A DNA stretch of 64,000 nt from Ascidiella aspersa (GCA_963924565.1 OZ004609.1:26908001-26972000); one strand, 5' to 3'. Positions 23,901 to 38,900 are shown, counted from the stretch's first letter. The notes: a model not told the origin generated them from the sequence alone. Program-made: numbers and translations.

Positions 23901-26900
23901 AGGCGTCTAGCCGCGCCAATTTAATCCGTCTAGAAATGTGATGACTCACAAACTCATGCCGCCGATCAATCGCTATTGGAATTACGTAATAAAAGTGACA
24001 CTGAAAACGTCTAGAATTAGGTTGCTTCGGACAACTGCGGGCTGAATTGGGTTTTCCTCGCGTAGACACGTGTGTTTACATTGGGCGAGACTATTTTTGC
24101 AAAGTTCTGACGCACGCGTTCTGACGTTTTCTGTCCAACGTGCGTTTTGTTCTCGGGCAGATTTTTGCCTCGTGGCTCTTCTATAGCTTGTTTGGCGGTT
24201 TAGACGTCTCGCCTACGCTTTACGTAAGGTTAAAACGTTAAAGTCGGCTTTATTTTTTGCAAATATGATATGCCTTTATCTGGTTTGCTTAACGTGACAG
24301 GAATGTTGTGATACTCCTTCCAAAAACTATCCTTATTGGAAATCTAATTTATCCTGCCTTTATTGCTCTTGTGAGCCTTTCTTTGCCACATAAAAGTACA
24401 AGGCAATTATATGACACAAAATGTAACCATTCAAGCACGCACCTATTGTTTAACAACAAAAAAGAAATCCCCATTAAAACAGAGCCTATATTTCAACCTT
24501 TTGAAAGTGAGTTTAAAATATATACATGGCTCAAATGGGCCTAATCTAATCGACCCAGTGTTTATACAAGTATATGAGTTCCACGCGCCAAAGCAGCAAT
24601 CGGCTTTATGATAGCCGCTGTCGTGGCTTTGGAGTATTTTAAAGCAGTGTTTTCCAACTATGCTACGCAAACAGCTTAGTGGTTATATCCCAAATTTATT
24701 AAACTCCCGCTTGTTAATGTCTTTCTCCACGCTTGGGAATTTTTTTTCTCTAAATTAAAATTATCTATGTCTCTTAAATTAAATTGTAATACTTGTTGTT
24801 AGTTTGTTTGTTTGTTTGTTTGTTTGTTTGTTTGTTTGTTTGTTTGTTTGTGTGTTAACATACTAGTTCGGGGTGGTCCATACCCGGGACCTAAGTCAAT
24901 ATGTGTGGCCCGCGTTACATTGTTGTTTTAGTGATGGCCAAATTTCTCTACGCGCGCCCCATTAAAAGGTTTCGTACAGTGTACGATTTTGTATGTTAAA
25001 AAGTAGACAAATAGTTTCGTGGCCTGAGATGCTGGCAGCCCTGTCCATCTTGTACTTGTTGATAAACATTTCTTTTTATTCTGCGTGGCTGGGCTTCGTT
25101 TTAGTACATTATCATAAAAATTATTATAGCTGTTGCTTGCAGTCACGATTTTTCAATCTGCCTTGACGCGCAATTACTTGTTTCATGTTTTTTCACACCT
25201 TCAGCAGCTAAATCTTCATCTTTTCCCACAGGAGCCTCCAGAACCTTGACATCCGCTTCATCCCGAACCGCGCCTTGCTTCCGGCCGGTGACGTAGGCGT
25301 TAGCCAGGAAAACCTTAGCACCTACAACACCATCACCGACAGCATGAGTAAGTTTATTTTATATTATACGCCTGAACAACGCATATGCTCATAGGTAATA
25401 AAATTAGCACTTTAAGGAAAAAATTGTTTTTAGAAAAAACAACTTAATTTTATTTCTCCAGTTCCATTATTTCTCCAGTTCTACCGTGGTCTATTAAACA
25501 AGTCCACAGGATTTCGTATAACGTACATTTTTCTATAAACTTTGATAAAGTTCATATTGCTTCAAAAGCCAATGACTGCTGGGTCTACAGAGTTATTTTA
25601 AAAGGATTGATGGCATACTTGATAAAAACAATGTAAAAAAGCAGATTCTGACCAAATCTCATTTTTATCCTTAGAAAACTGAGGATGGCACAGTTACGTG
25701 TTATTTTCTGAATTTTTAATGCGTGCGATGTGTTCTAGGATCTAATGGTAAAACGCCATATGACAGTGTAGCATTTTCGTTAAAACAGAAACTACATTTG
25801 AATTAATTGTAAAACTGTTCTTCCGGTAAATACCTTTTTATTAATGGTACTGGCGTTTTTTTTCTAACCTGTACAGGAAATCTTCATTCACCAGCTTGGC
25901 AACAACATTTTTCATATTCGTTTGAATTTAATTGCAAAATTGTTGTTCCTGCAAAATTTTATTAAAGTACCAACGTTTCGATTACCTATTCGGGCAAATT
26001 TCTTCAGGGCAATATTTAACTATAGGTGAAAAATATTATATATATATACCAGACAAACAATTAACAAACAAACTCTACGAAGATTTCCCGAGTATGATGG
26101 TCGAAAAGGTACATTAATAAAATTTTGCCGGAAGAACAATTTTCCAGTTTAATTTAAATGAATATAAAGTTTTTGGCTGGTTGGCGGCGAATAAAGATTT
26201 TCTGTACAAGTTATCGAAACGTCGGTACATTCAATAAAAAAATATTTACTGGAAAACAAACTTACAATTAATTCAAATGTAGTGTATGTTTTACCCAAAA
26301 TACTTTTGAAGATTTGGCATTTTCCTCTTTTAACTCCATCTACCTTCCTTTCTTCACAGAGGACTCGGTCAGTCTGAGCAGCATGGATGACAACATCCCC
26401 TCGCAGTCGGGAGTCCTCGGGAATGACGAAGCGGATGAGGAGTCGGCTGGAGGAGACAAGGCGGAGGAGGAGCTCAGGTCCACGGAAGAGGAGGACGCAA
26501 CCACACCTCCAGCGCTACTTAAGGGACACTTTGTTCCTCGTGGCAACGAGCAGGAGGATCCAAAAGAAGACGATGCACAGGAAGCCAACCACGACGATGT
26601 GAGTTGATAAGCGCGTTTCGCACAGCAAATGTTTTAGTTCGTTAGGTTTAATATCAAGTGAATTTGCAATTTTTTTTAGTAGGCTGTGAGGTTTTTTTAT
26701 TTCTAATCATAAGTCGAACGGTACTTGTTAGTTACTTCCTTAATAAAATATACAGAAAATACATTTGTTAACATACTTTTAATCAACTTTTTTTTGTGTG
26801 CCTACTTTGTAGTTTCTTAAGTTGGAAAACAAATTGCCAATACTCTCATAGCATTTGACACTTTACGCTTCAACTGGCCTTGGATGACATGTAGTAAGTT

Positions 26901-29900
26901 CAGCTAAATTCTTTAATGGTTAAAACGCTTTGTTTTTTACATATATCACAGCAAAAAATATTGCTGTAAACTAATGCAAGACACAACGCTTCGATTTTTT
27001 ATATCACAGAGTAAACAGAGTAAAAAAAAACTTTTTATTGCTGTACCGTAAGTGATTGCTCAAATCAGGGCTTCGCAAACTCGGGGTCGCATGCACGGAT
27101 TTGGCAATTTTGGAAGTCTTATATGTCGACCTTTTCTACATTTCAATATGCATTATGTACATGTAAAAACTAATGCAAGACACTTAAACAAATGTGTACG
27201 AAGTTCGATAAACGTTTGATTCACTACTATAAACCTCAAGAAGTTCCACAAAATTAAACCGGCCGTGGGTCGAGAGTTTGAAATGCCCTGTTGTAAGTTA
27301 ACATTTCTTCTCTTAAATCTAGCGATAACTTATTTCACTTTGTTTTCCTTCCAGACCTTGGTCGCCAGTCAACCTCTTTCGTCGCCGGATCCGATTCCGC
27401 TCCTCACTCAACACTCCTCCTCCACCTCTCAGCAGGAGAAGTCGGTTGCTCCTGACGTCACTCGCTCCGTGTCTCCTCCCCAACCACTCCTGCTCACACC
27501 GGACGCCTTTATGGGATCGATGAAGAGCGTGAGTGTTTGTTGTTTGGGTGATTGCGATTAAATTGTGTAAGTGCGTGCCATTGTCACTTGCGTGTGGTTT
27601 ATGTAGTTTAAGCCAGTGATTCGCTACCAGATTTTAATAATGCAACTACAATAATGCAACTGATTGATTTTTTCCTGGTACTGCCGCAATTTTTCGGTCG
27701 TTGGGAGCTACTGTTTGGCAAACTATTTTATTGCTTTTTTTCAGTCAAGTCGAGTAATTATATACTTGAGCCTGATACCGACGTATATTTGACTTAATTT
27801 AATAACAAGAAGTGATGTTATGCTCAAATTTTAACACAGTGCATAGCCTTTAAATAGTGAATCATTCGATTGAGAAAACATGTTCAGCACGTTAAAAAGC
27901 CATATTATTTTTCAAGGTAAAAGTAATTAATCGCCTTTCATTTTAAACCGCCACATGTAGTTTCATGAACTTGTTATAAAAAAAACATTTGCCGTAGTTT
28001 GAATATGTGTTTATTTTTTCCATGTGCTTCCCTCAGCCGGGCAACCTGGTGGAGTCGGCCAACACAAGCTTTACCGCAGTTACGCCGTTCAGCAACCGGG
28101 ACGAGACCTTTTATCAGAACCAGGATCTCCTTTTGGGTTAGTTATCGTGTTTTTGTTTGAACTACGTTTGCCAACAAAATAGGATTGGTTCTGTTGACTA
28201 GGGCTGTGTAACAAGATCAACATACAGCAGGGCATTTTAAGTTTTGCAATTTATATAACGCACCAATGATCAGTGTGATCACTGAGGTCGCTTTTTCTAC
28301 TCTTTTTTTATATTTTTTTTTAACTTACAGAAGCAACGAAAGCATTCCTAGTCATTTCAGTTAAGAACCAACTGCATATATAGATTTTAATCACACATTA
28401 TTTTCTCACCCCTGCCTCGATGCATTGTACTTAATGCATTGTACCCCAATGGTGTACACTGGCCCCTGATTAGTAGTGATACTTAAAAAGCATTCCTTTC
28501 ACCACAAGTATACTATGCAAACAATGTTTGTCGTTAAAGTGCACAATTTACCATAAATACCTATGTGCTTTTAACAACTGTGAACATTTCCCAACTACAG
28601 TTAATCACCGAACTTTCAAGGTGCCAGGAACCGTTAGTAAAAGTGAGGCGGTAGGGTCGAGGCAGCAAACAAGGATTATAAGAACTGATTTAATCTTTAA
28701 AGCATTCTGGCCATGGAAACCCCTATACTGGCCATGGAAAGAATGATTTATCAGTCAATCCCGCGTACAACGTTGTACAAATATATTAGACTAAAGTACA
28801 CCGAAAAGCCATCGCAGACTCACCGAATCTGTCGATCAATGATGCGAGAAGGCAGGCTAGAAAACCAACTAGCCTGTAGTGAGGCTCGAACTCACGACCT
28901 CCAGTCATTCCGGGACCGTCGCACTACCAACTGAGCTACTGTAGGCTAGTTGTTTTTTTAGCCTGCCTGCTTGCTTCATTGATTGACAGATTCGGTGAGT
29001 CTTCGATGGCTTTTCGGTGTAGTAAAGATACGTAAGCCGAAATCGTTGGTCAAAAAGCAGCTAATCACAGTTGTTAACACACATATGTGTGTGTGTGTAT
29101 CTTTCATTGAATATACTAGACCAGTGTTTCTTAAACAGGTGAATGGTTCACCCCAGGGTGAAAATAAATTGCAGGGTGAACCAACCAAAAGGGGTAAATA
29201 AGGGGGAACCGTCAGAAATGGATGATAGCCCTGCAGTAAATCGACTACTGAACTGTTGTTTTTTTGGTGTTTTTTTGCTTATTGTAATAGTAAAGTTGGT
29301 TTGCACTGAGTGTATAAGTACAAAAAATTTGTGACTGTGTTTTGTGCTTTTGTGGCTTTATATTTCTGGACTCGAGAAATTGTAGATTTGCAATGGTAAA
29401 ATATAGCTTGGTTGATCTTAACAAAAATCGAAACAACCGAAGTCATTTTGTGCTTGACGAGATAGTTTTATCATATCATGAGACGAGGGTGAATGAAATC
29501 TGGAGATAAGATGCTAGGGATGAACAAAACTAAAAAAGTTTAAGAAGCACTGTGCTAGACTATTTACACCTTTTATCACCAAACCCATCCAGGTGCCAGA
29601 AACCACCTTCACAACCTGGTTCTCAGCCCTTCCACGATCGGGGGCGAATCGTCGAACCAGGGGGCAAGCAGCAGCCACAACCCTAACCCCAACCCCCCTG
29701 ATGAGGACCCCGTCACCCCTCCCTCGTCCCCGGTGCATCCCCGCGCCTCATCCTCCCCCGGAAGTCAGGCGGAGGTCCCCCACCACAGCATCCGGACTCG
29801 ATCCATTAAGTCTCCTGATCTCATCTCGTCCACTTCGACGCTGGAGGGAGACAAGGAGTCGGGTAGTGGCAACGCGGTCGCGGATCAGGGGACGCCCCCG

Positions 29901-32900
29901 CCCTCGCTCGTTTCGTCGAGTCTGTTGGGCCGAGGATTCGCAAGTGCGGGTAAGCAGTGATTTTTTAAGGTGGTTCGAGGAAATGCAGCGTTTTTTAAAA
30001 TATAACTGTACGTCGGAGTGTAACTGCCGTAATTTATCTTCTCAACAGATACGTTAGGTTAGGACAGTGTTTTTTAACCTTTTTTACTTGGTGGCGCACC
30101 TAGAGACATTTGAAAACTTCGCGGCGCACCTTACGAGCGAAGCGAGCGCGACCTTTTTGAGGTGTACCGGTATTTCTTTAAAATTGCTTGCAATATTTTG
30201 TTATATAGGCTTTATAGTTGCAACCAAAATAACAGCAACTTTCGGAATGAAAGACAGTTAGAAAAAAGGAGAAAATAGGATTACATAATAGTCGTAATAA
30301 TGACGAAATCGAAATCAGAACTAAATTGCCAAAATAATGCCTATAGAACCTCTTATCTAACCCCAAGCCCCACCTAGAACTATCACCAATTCCCCTAATA
30401 TTTTTAACCCTAACCCAATTGCTAACACCACAAACTACCCGCCCATAAGCCCAAACAGGGGCAAAAAATCTAGGGCCAAATCTCCGGTAGCCAAAGGTCG
30501 ACAGCAAACTGCCAATGCCAGACAGGTGTCCCCCAATCATCCCATACCCTTTCCCTACAGTCTAGGACTTAATGTTGTCCATTTAAGTCTTTTTCAGATT
30601 AATTTTGGACTTATTTCGACATGTTTGGGATCTTAAGTAGACTATTTTAGATCTTATTCTGTCGTGGTTATTACTACGAAGTTGGCGTTATTATGTCGGT
30701 GGTCTTAATACTATGGTATTATAGATTATCTGATTTAGATGCTGTTGCTTTGAAGGTCTTATTGTGTTTTCTACTTAAAAGTGCTGTGGAATCAATGAGC
30801 TAAGCCTAATAGGAAAGTAAAATATCACAATATTTTTCCTTTTGCTCGCGGCGCACCTGGCAACTTTTCATGGCGCACTGGTTGAGAAGCGCTGGGTTAG
30901 GGTAACAGTATGTTGACAAAAAAGCGGACGCGCTAATTGTTTTCAGCGATACATATGGCCGCGGCTATGCGGCAGTCAGCATTCTACAGAAACTTTCAAA
31001 CAAATTGACATCATCGCTATTAAAAAAATCAATTTTAAACTGTTTTAATGCACAACTTATCTGAATGCGTCGACATATATAGAAAAATACTTCCTGGTTG
31101 GATCTTCATCCCAACTCGCCATCTTACAGCAAAATATTCCTTATTACGTCGCAGGTCCGTCCCATCTTCCTTCGGCCTCGTCATCAGTTGACAGATTCCC
31201 CCCGGTTCTGCTCCCCTCCACCTCGGCCGGACCAAGCGGAACCGCGTGGCCCAAGGCGCCTGACGTCACTATGTCGCGATCTATGTCGGCCAGGTACAAG
31301 TGGCCCTTGATGTAGCAATACTGCGGAGTGTAGCGCAGTGGTACTTAACCTTTTTAGTATTCCTAAGGCGAACGTGGTGGATTTCAATTAACCCCTTTTT
31401 AAAAAAATAACAAAATATAATTTGTAATCAACTAATTAGAATAACACACAAAAGTGATGTCGTAATTCACTATGAAATGTCCATGAAAATTATAATTATT
31501 ATTGGGAAGCTTTTTAAATGCTCGGGATTTTCGCTTAAAATAGCCGGTCTTTGTAGCTTCCTTTCTTTGAAGGCATTTTAATAGTTTTCTTACACTGACT
31601 AGACTTGGCCACTGTAATGCTAACGACTATCATTATTAGCTGCTACACATAGGACAGCCGAATAATATGATGTTACAAAAAAGGTATAACTAACTACAAG
31701 CTCATTTAAAAATTCATTTAGTCTGCGTTCTGATATATATGGTTAAAAATACTGTATTTTATTGGAATGTAATCAAAAACGATAATCTGAATTACCCCGT
31801 GAAACTGTCAAATTACACCTTTGGAAATAATTAGCAATAAGAACCACTGGTGTAGCGTTAAAGCCTATTAGAAAATAGTTGTTTACGTATTTTCCATCTT
31901 AAATCAATATACGTACGTTCCATAGCCATAGGATATTTCATTTCATTTATTGACAATTGCAGTTTTTGTTTGCTTATCAAGTTGTCAAGCATCTTGTTAA
32001 ATCCAAATTCAGTCTTGAGTTTACTTTGTGCGGTGGTTTTTCGTCAGTTTATTAATGCCGGAGTGCACCAAATGTGTGTTTAAATACATGGGTTTGGAGG
32101 TTGTGGGCGATGATTACGACAAGTCGCCTCGCTAATTTTACCTCAAAATCGACATTATTTATACTTTGTGTCGCAGGACGCCACCTGGTGTCGTTATGCA
32201 ACAGCAACAGCCGAATCCGGAGCCGATATTTCGACCAAGTCAAGCGGAACCGCAAGCACCGCAGGAGGTTGACGTTCAGCAGCCCGGTTCAGATGTGAGT
32301 GTATTCGCGTTAAATACAATGGAACCATGGTTTAAATTTAAAAATAATATTCAAATCCAAAAAAATATATATATATATTACCTTTGTTACAATGTTACAA
32401 TGAGCTTTAAGTAAGTGTCGATTTAGGCATTTCAAAAAGTAACAATTTTTGTTTTTGACCAGGCGTAATCTCTTTATAGTAAATGCGGTGGATTTTTCCA
32501 AGTTTAAGTGCTATGTATATTTTCTACGCATATTCATGTTTGGCAGAAGTAACAAAGTTAAAGAGTTAAAGAATTCGGTTAGCCTACCATTTTACAACGA
32601 AAATACTTTGAATTGTTGGCTAAAGCTAATCTACTAAACTAAACAAAGTTTTGAACGCTGTGAACAAAATATTTAAATTCACCATTGCTACGGCAAGTCA
32701 ATTCCTTTAGGCCAGACCTGGGCAAACTACGTCCCGTCGGCCGGATCGGTCCGCCAAGCAATATAATCCGGCCCGCGGCGCATTTTCAGTAAAACTTTTT
32801 CAGGCAAAAAATAGGCCTTAACATATTTTTTCATTTCTGAATATTTTATTGAATACATTACTCTTGTAAGGTATCCTCACCTGTTCCTATACTATTACCA

Positions 32901-35900
32901 GCTTCTTTTTATTTAAAGATTCTTTTAAAACGAATCACACGTTGTGTTATGTGTATTCGAAATCCCCTTTTTTGACACGGCCCGCCAAGACGTTTTCTGT
33001 TTCTCATACGGCCCGCTGTCGAAAATAATTACCCACCCCTTTAGGTCGTGATTTTTTAACCTTGTCGTTTCTCTATACTCGCAGAGAGGTGGCGTTGATT
33101 CGCGCGAGTTGATTCGTTTGCTCAACGAGCTGCAAACCCAGCAGCGCGACCTCATGTCCGGCCACCAGAAGGAACTGCAGAGCATGACCAAGAAGCAGTC
33201 GCAAGTGCAGAAGCAGAACGCCACGTCCAGCAAGCGAAGCGAGCAGCAAGGTAAGCTAGTTCCCGAGGTCGCGAGTTCGAACCGCTCTGCCGCTTTCTGC
33301 CCACCAAACCCTGCTCTTAGAGCAAACCTTTGAACCAGATGTTCTTTAACTTAAATGTTGTTACATCCGAAAATAACTTGAAGAAATTTAATAACGATTT
33401 TTTTAAGTAAACATCACTTGAAAGGCCGTATAATTTGCGATTAATATTTATTTTACAATAACATAATTTGCAATTAAAAAACTTTTGTACAGTCTTTTGC
33501 AGTCAAGATAGGATCTCATATCACTGTCAAAATGACTCCCATGAATTGCTTCTTTTGGGAATAAAACGACTGCTTGAATTAACGGGATCAGATGACCAAC
33601 ATATGTGCCAAACTTTGTTAAAATCGAGCCCAAAACCGCACGATTGTTTTACGTCTAGTGTTTTAAGATGAAATATGTGTGTGTTGTTTTTGTCTTGTCT
33701 AAAACAGTTGATTTTTTTTGCATTAACATCCATAAAACTTCGCAGTTGAGCGAATGGAGAAGTCTCTACTCAGCGTCGGCGACACCCAGCGGAAGTTAGT
33801 GAACGACATGAAGGCGATGCAGGCCGGTGTTACCGAGGCAACCGCTGCAAAGATCGGACGCGTCATCAAGGGAGAGATAAAGCAAACCGTGCTGCCAGGT
33901 TAAAATCTGCGTTCTTTTTTCCGGTTTAAAATGCGTATGTTTCCTTGGCCCTTAGAATTTTTTCTGTTTTTTCCCAACACGATTTTTCGCAAAACTAACT
34001 TGCTCTGAAGACTTTTGTTCTGTAAAGTTATTCTCTTTTTAAAACAAGTAAGATTGCAACTAGGTAATGTTATCACTTACCGTATGGCTTATGCACATTG
34101 CACATTCGTTCAAGTATTTGTAAAACAAATAGGATGTAGCTTGATATTAAATTGCAAAGCCAAAAAGGTCGAGCAGATCGACATCATCTTGATAAAGACG
34201 TTTCGATACGAGCCTGTATCATCTTTAGTTAATTTTGTCATTTGCAATTTATTATTAAGCTACATTACAGATCCGTGCATAGTCTACCCAAATAAGTTGT
34301 TTTTCGAAAAATTACAAAAAAAAAAATAAGTTGGAAGAAACATCGGCGGTCCCCGCATTTGTTTTCGTGTCTACAATTTAAGTAAGTTAAGAGAGCTGAC
34401 CAGAAATTAATTTGTTTTAACTTCGGTAAATAATCATTTAATTTGCACCGACAGAGTTTTATCGTGTATTGGTAGTCAGGCGTTAACTAAATTGGTGCTG
34501 AAAATATTTATGTTGGTTAAAAATGCTGCACGCTGCTCGTATGTCTTAGCTGTTCGACTTTGGTGACAAGGCGTGTACTATTTGTCGAACGAAACATTGA
34601 CAAAAAAACAATACAAAAAGTTAGTAGTGCAAGGAGTAAGAAAAATACGCCAGTCCAACAACTATGATAACGACATTTGCTTAAGTGAACCAGTCGTGAT
34701 TTTGAGTCCCCTTTACTCTGGTTTCAGCCAATGTAAAAATAAATTAGGGGTCGCGTAGGTTTTTGAAAACCGGCAAGGGGGTCGCGAAAATAAAAAGGAT
34801 GGGCACCACTGTTTTACGTAGTACAGTTTCGGTTTTATCGTCTAATCTAACAAGGTTAAAAACGCGAAAATATCTGACAAAGCTTTTATTGTTTTTCCCT
34901 CAGGTCTGCAGCAAACCATGGAGCCTCTAAAAGAGCAGCTCAGTCAAGCTGTTATGCAGAAGCTGACCGCCACCGACGCCGTAATGCGAGATAACGTAGC
35001 GAAGATAGTCAAATCAAAGGTTTATTTTGTTTACTATGTTGATCACTTTATATTTTGAGTCTCAAATCTAAGGTCGATTTTGATTTTCGATAGTGAACAA
35101 ATGATAAATTAATTCCGATAAAGCTGCACAAATGTTATTCTATATAGCTTAGAAATCTGGTTGGGGAGAGGGAATCCAAACTTTTTGACGCAATGTGGGT
35201 AAAAATGTGCGCACGTTTTGTGGCAGCTGTATTGTGCATTTCTTAGATAAACTGTACTCACCTTTTGACGTGAATTTTTGACACGTGTAAAAAAAAGACA
35301 CGCCCCCTGTTGAGGTTCGAGCTCCGTTAAGGTCACAACCTCAGAAATATTTTGTTTCGCATGGTGAAATTGTCGTGAACTTTATGTAAGAACAATGGTA
35401 CATTGATTCGCCTTAACGACTAGGGCGAAAACACAATAAATTGAACGAGCGAACTGACCTTACTATTTATACTGTAGTTTTGACGTCGTAAACAACGAGG
35501 GATATTTAATTTGAGGTTACAAATTGTAAACTAGGTGTAAAATATCAAGATATGGTTTACCGAACCTGTCAAACTGTCGAACACACGTGTGTAAATATTA
35601 TTGAAAAAAAAAGGTGTTTGTTTACCTGTCAAAGGTGAAAATAATAAAGAAATTGTAATAGCCAATGTTAAAAATAAAGCAGAACAAACCACACAACACA
35701 ACATCCCTAATCGCATTTAGGACAATTCTAATATATATTAAGAAAAACTTGAAATCCTTTAAGCAGAGACATTTTTGGTGGGGTTTAATTGTTGCTCTTT
35801 TCACTGATTGGCCTTTGATCCGTACTTTTTTCATCTTCCCTTTTTTTTGTTAGTCGATTTTGTTATTAAGCTTGATCTTTTTTGTTTTAAGGGTAGTATA

Positions 35901-38900
35901 ACTTTTAGGCGTTGTTTTTTCATTTTTTGATTTTTTTAGTAGTGTGTTTCCAGTTAGTTATTTTTCGTGTGCAGTTCAATAAAAGCAACTTAAGATTTAA
36001 GGACTCCATTCCTGTAACTGTGAAAATGACTGTGTTTACAGGAAACGGTGGACTGCATTGCGGCCAACACAGCCCAAGCTCTCCAGAGCAAGATTCAGAC
36101 GAGCTTACCCGAGATCGTGTTCGCCACCATCGTTCCGGCTTTCGAGAGATCAAGCCAAGCCATGTTCCAGCAGCTATCGGCCACTTACATGCGCGGCACG
36201 GAAGAAGGTATTTTACGAGTTTAAGGAGCCAGTTGTGGGGGTGTCTTTTAAAAATATATCATTACATAGCTCTTTGTGTTAATCTATTGGCCAGTCCTGT
36301 TTTTGGCATGGAGGAAATTAATGATTTTTGGTCATATTTTGAAACTGATTTTAGATCATTCTGTATTAAGTCTGACGTAAAGTGTTAATTTTGATTACAT
36401 TCTAATGTATAACCTAGTAGTTTTCTGGATCTTTTTATTTAAATTTCCTTTTACAATATACAATACACTCAATACAGCGTAGAACATTGAAGTTTGGCTG
36501 TTACTAATTCCATTTAAGCCAATACACATCAGCCATTTTTGTGTTGAAATTATAAAAATTAGAGGGGTCTTAAGGCTCGTATAATATTTTGTTTTACTCT
36601 CCTGTTTAAAATACACAAAAGGCCTATGTCACTTTAAAACTGCAACATTTTTTGAAAGCGACTAATACTGCATTACACTTACAAAATTGTGTATAAACGG
36701 CTTATTTGTCCATTTAAAAATTAACCCACAGCACACCCTTTTTGGCGTAATCGGGGCTTAAAAAAAACCGCGGTCCTGATAAATCACACGATCGCCTTTT
36801 TCCATTCAGTTGTGTCCAAAGTGGAAAAGCAACTTCAGTACAGACTAAAGCCGGAGCAGGATCGCTTACACGGCCTCATCAAGGAAGCTCAGGACGCCAC
36901 CAACCAGCTACAGGGCGCCAGCAAGCGGCTGACCGCCGACGTGGCCGCCCTGCTGCAGAAACAGCTGCCCGCCGAAATCGACAAGTCCATGTTGAGGTGA
37001 GAAAGTAACCCTAAAATTGCAACTTTCCCTGTTTTTTCGGCAAGCTTGGGAATTTGCAAATTTTACTGAAAAAGAAGAATTGGCCCCTAGCACTTTTACT
37101 AGTACTATATCGATTGTTAGCTGTTCACAGTTATAAATTTCAAAACAAAATTCTAAAACTTAATTATATTAAACCAAGAACGTTTGTTAAAATGTAATTA
37201 ATGATTTAGTTCATATAAATGTTATAATTTGGCACTTTCTCTAAACTATAATCTGATATTGCTTTACACAATGGAGAAAACGCATTTTACATAAAAAATA
37301 ATTTATTTATTTAGAATCTCACCACTATAGAACGCTTGAAAAATATAACTACAGTTTTTTATATGTACAGTTGTACACTCTAACTTAAATTGTATCTCTT
37401 TATTCAGTTATAGATGCCTAGTTTATTCAAATTTTTAAAAACAACTTAATCGAACGCTTACAAAGAAGATAAATAGTAAATATGGCGTTTGTCAGAAAAC
37501 TGATTTTTTGGCCTACTGTGTACCAACACTTATCGCCAGATAGCAAAAAGTTGCGGATTTATTTTTTCGGAATAGAACACCTTTTTGTCCAAGTGAATTC
37601 CAGTTGTGTACTAATTTTCGGGATAGCTTAGAACGGACTACAGCTAGCGATTGTCATTATAGAGAAACAGGCAAAACAAGCAAGTGAAGCTAAATTAAAC
37701 TTACTGTTTTAAATTAATGTGCGAGGTTTCAGGATACCGATTGAACGAAATCAATTTTTTTTTAATTTGTGTATGGCCGTATTTGTCTAATTCTAAATAG
37801 AGGAATCTCAGGTAGCACTGTATAAAGGCAAATTGTATTCAATTCTCGTCAACCTAAAAAAAGTTCAATACAAGTATACAATGCCATCTGATTCCTCAAT
37901 TTTCACACTGTTTCATTGCAGATGCGAAGAACGTATAACAGCCAACGTCCAGGAGGCGATAAGAAAACAGCAGGAGACCGCCTTCGCCGAACATAGCAAG
38001 GCCCTCGCAGACATGGTGCGCCAGGTAGTGGCCAAGACCATGGACGAGAAGCTGGCCCAGTCGCCTGGCGCCGACGTGACCACTCTGGCCGCTGGCGCCG
38101 GGGTTACTGGCCAGCTGGGCGCGCGGCCCCAGAGTCGGCCCAACGTGTTCGACCAGCAGCAACAAATCCTCAAGATGCTCCAGCAGGGAAACGTCAACAC
38201 CGCGTTTCAGACGGTGCGTAAAAGCGCGTCTTTGGCAGTTTTAAATATTTATTTTACTTTTTATTTTTCCGGAAAAAAAACTTTGGGAAACGGTCAACAG
38301 GGTTGCGCATAGTGAAAGGTTCAAGTAAGGCCGGCACAATTTACTTAAAATGCGCTTTTTTTACTTTCAATAAAGCTTTGCTATGTGAGAGTTTAATTGC
38401 GTAAAGAAACTCATTAACAAGCGTGAAGGGAAACACTTTTACAGGACATTTGCAACTAGCGCACTCATCAACGTTCACGTTACAAAGATTGTGGTAAATT
38501 CATCAGTAGATTAAAAGTATGTTCACGATTTTACCTATTTCCAATAGTAAACTGTTGCAGGGCGGAATGAAGAAAAAATACTTCTATACACTACTACACA
38601 CAAATTTAATAGAGTAAATGCGCGTTCTTTTTACTCGTTTGCTCCCAGCGTGCGACTTACAACGAATTCAGCGTCGGCAGCGGTGTCAAGCTTTTGTTTG
38701 TTTCATGTTTGCCACGCTTTGTTTACTGGCGTTGACCTTCGCCGTTTGATTTTACCAACTTTATGATCTGTTGACGATGTTTTTTTGTGATAATAGTTTG
38801 AATATCCGCACTGAGCAGGGCACTTTGATTTGCCGCCGTTTTACCACATACGTTGTTGGCCAACACCGTAAACCTAGGGGTCAAGTGCCCCAATGTAGAA

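Noticed and set aside
23938-24004. C/D box snoRNA in EDC4 intron 14 (GTGATGA...CTGA)
   Set aside because: No convincing terminal stem, C' box or rRNA-complementary guide could be seen.
28872-28946. Functional tRNA-Ser(GGA) gene
   Set aside because: The acceptor stem is mismatched, position 33 is C, there is no long variable arm, and the sequence sits in a repeat. Kept only as tRNA-like.
29593-30057. 154-aa Arg/Pro-rich ORF
   Set aside because: It is an alternative frame over EDC4 exon 19 running into the intron.
33262-33300. tRNA gene at GAGGTCGCGAGTTCGAACC (similar motif near 54845)
   Set aside because: Only an isolated B-box-like fragment with no cloverleaf; at most SINE debris.
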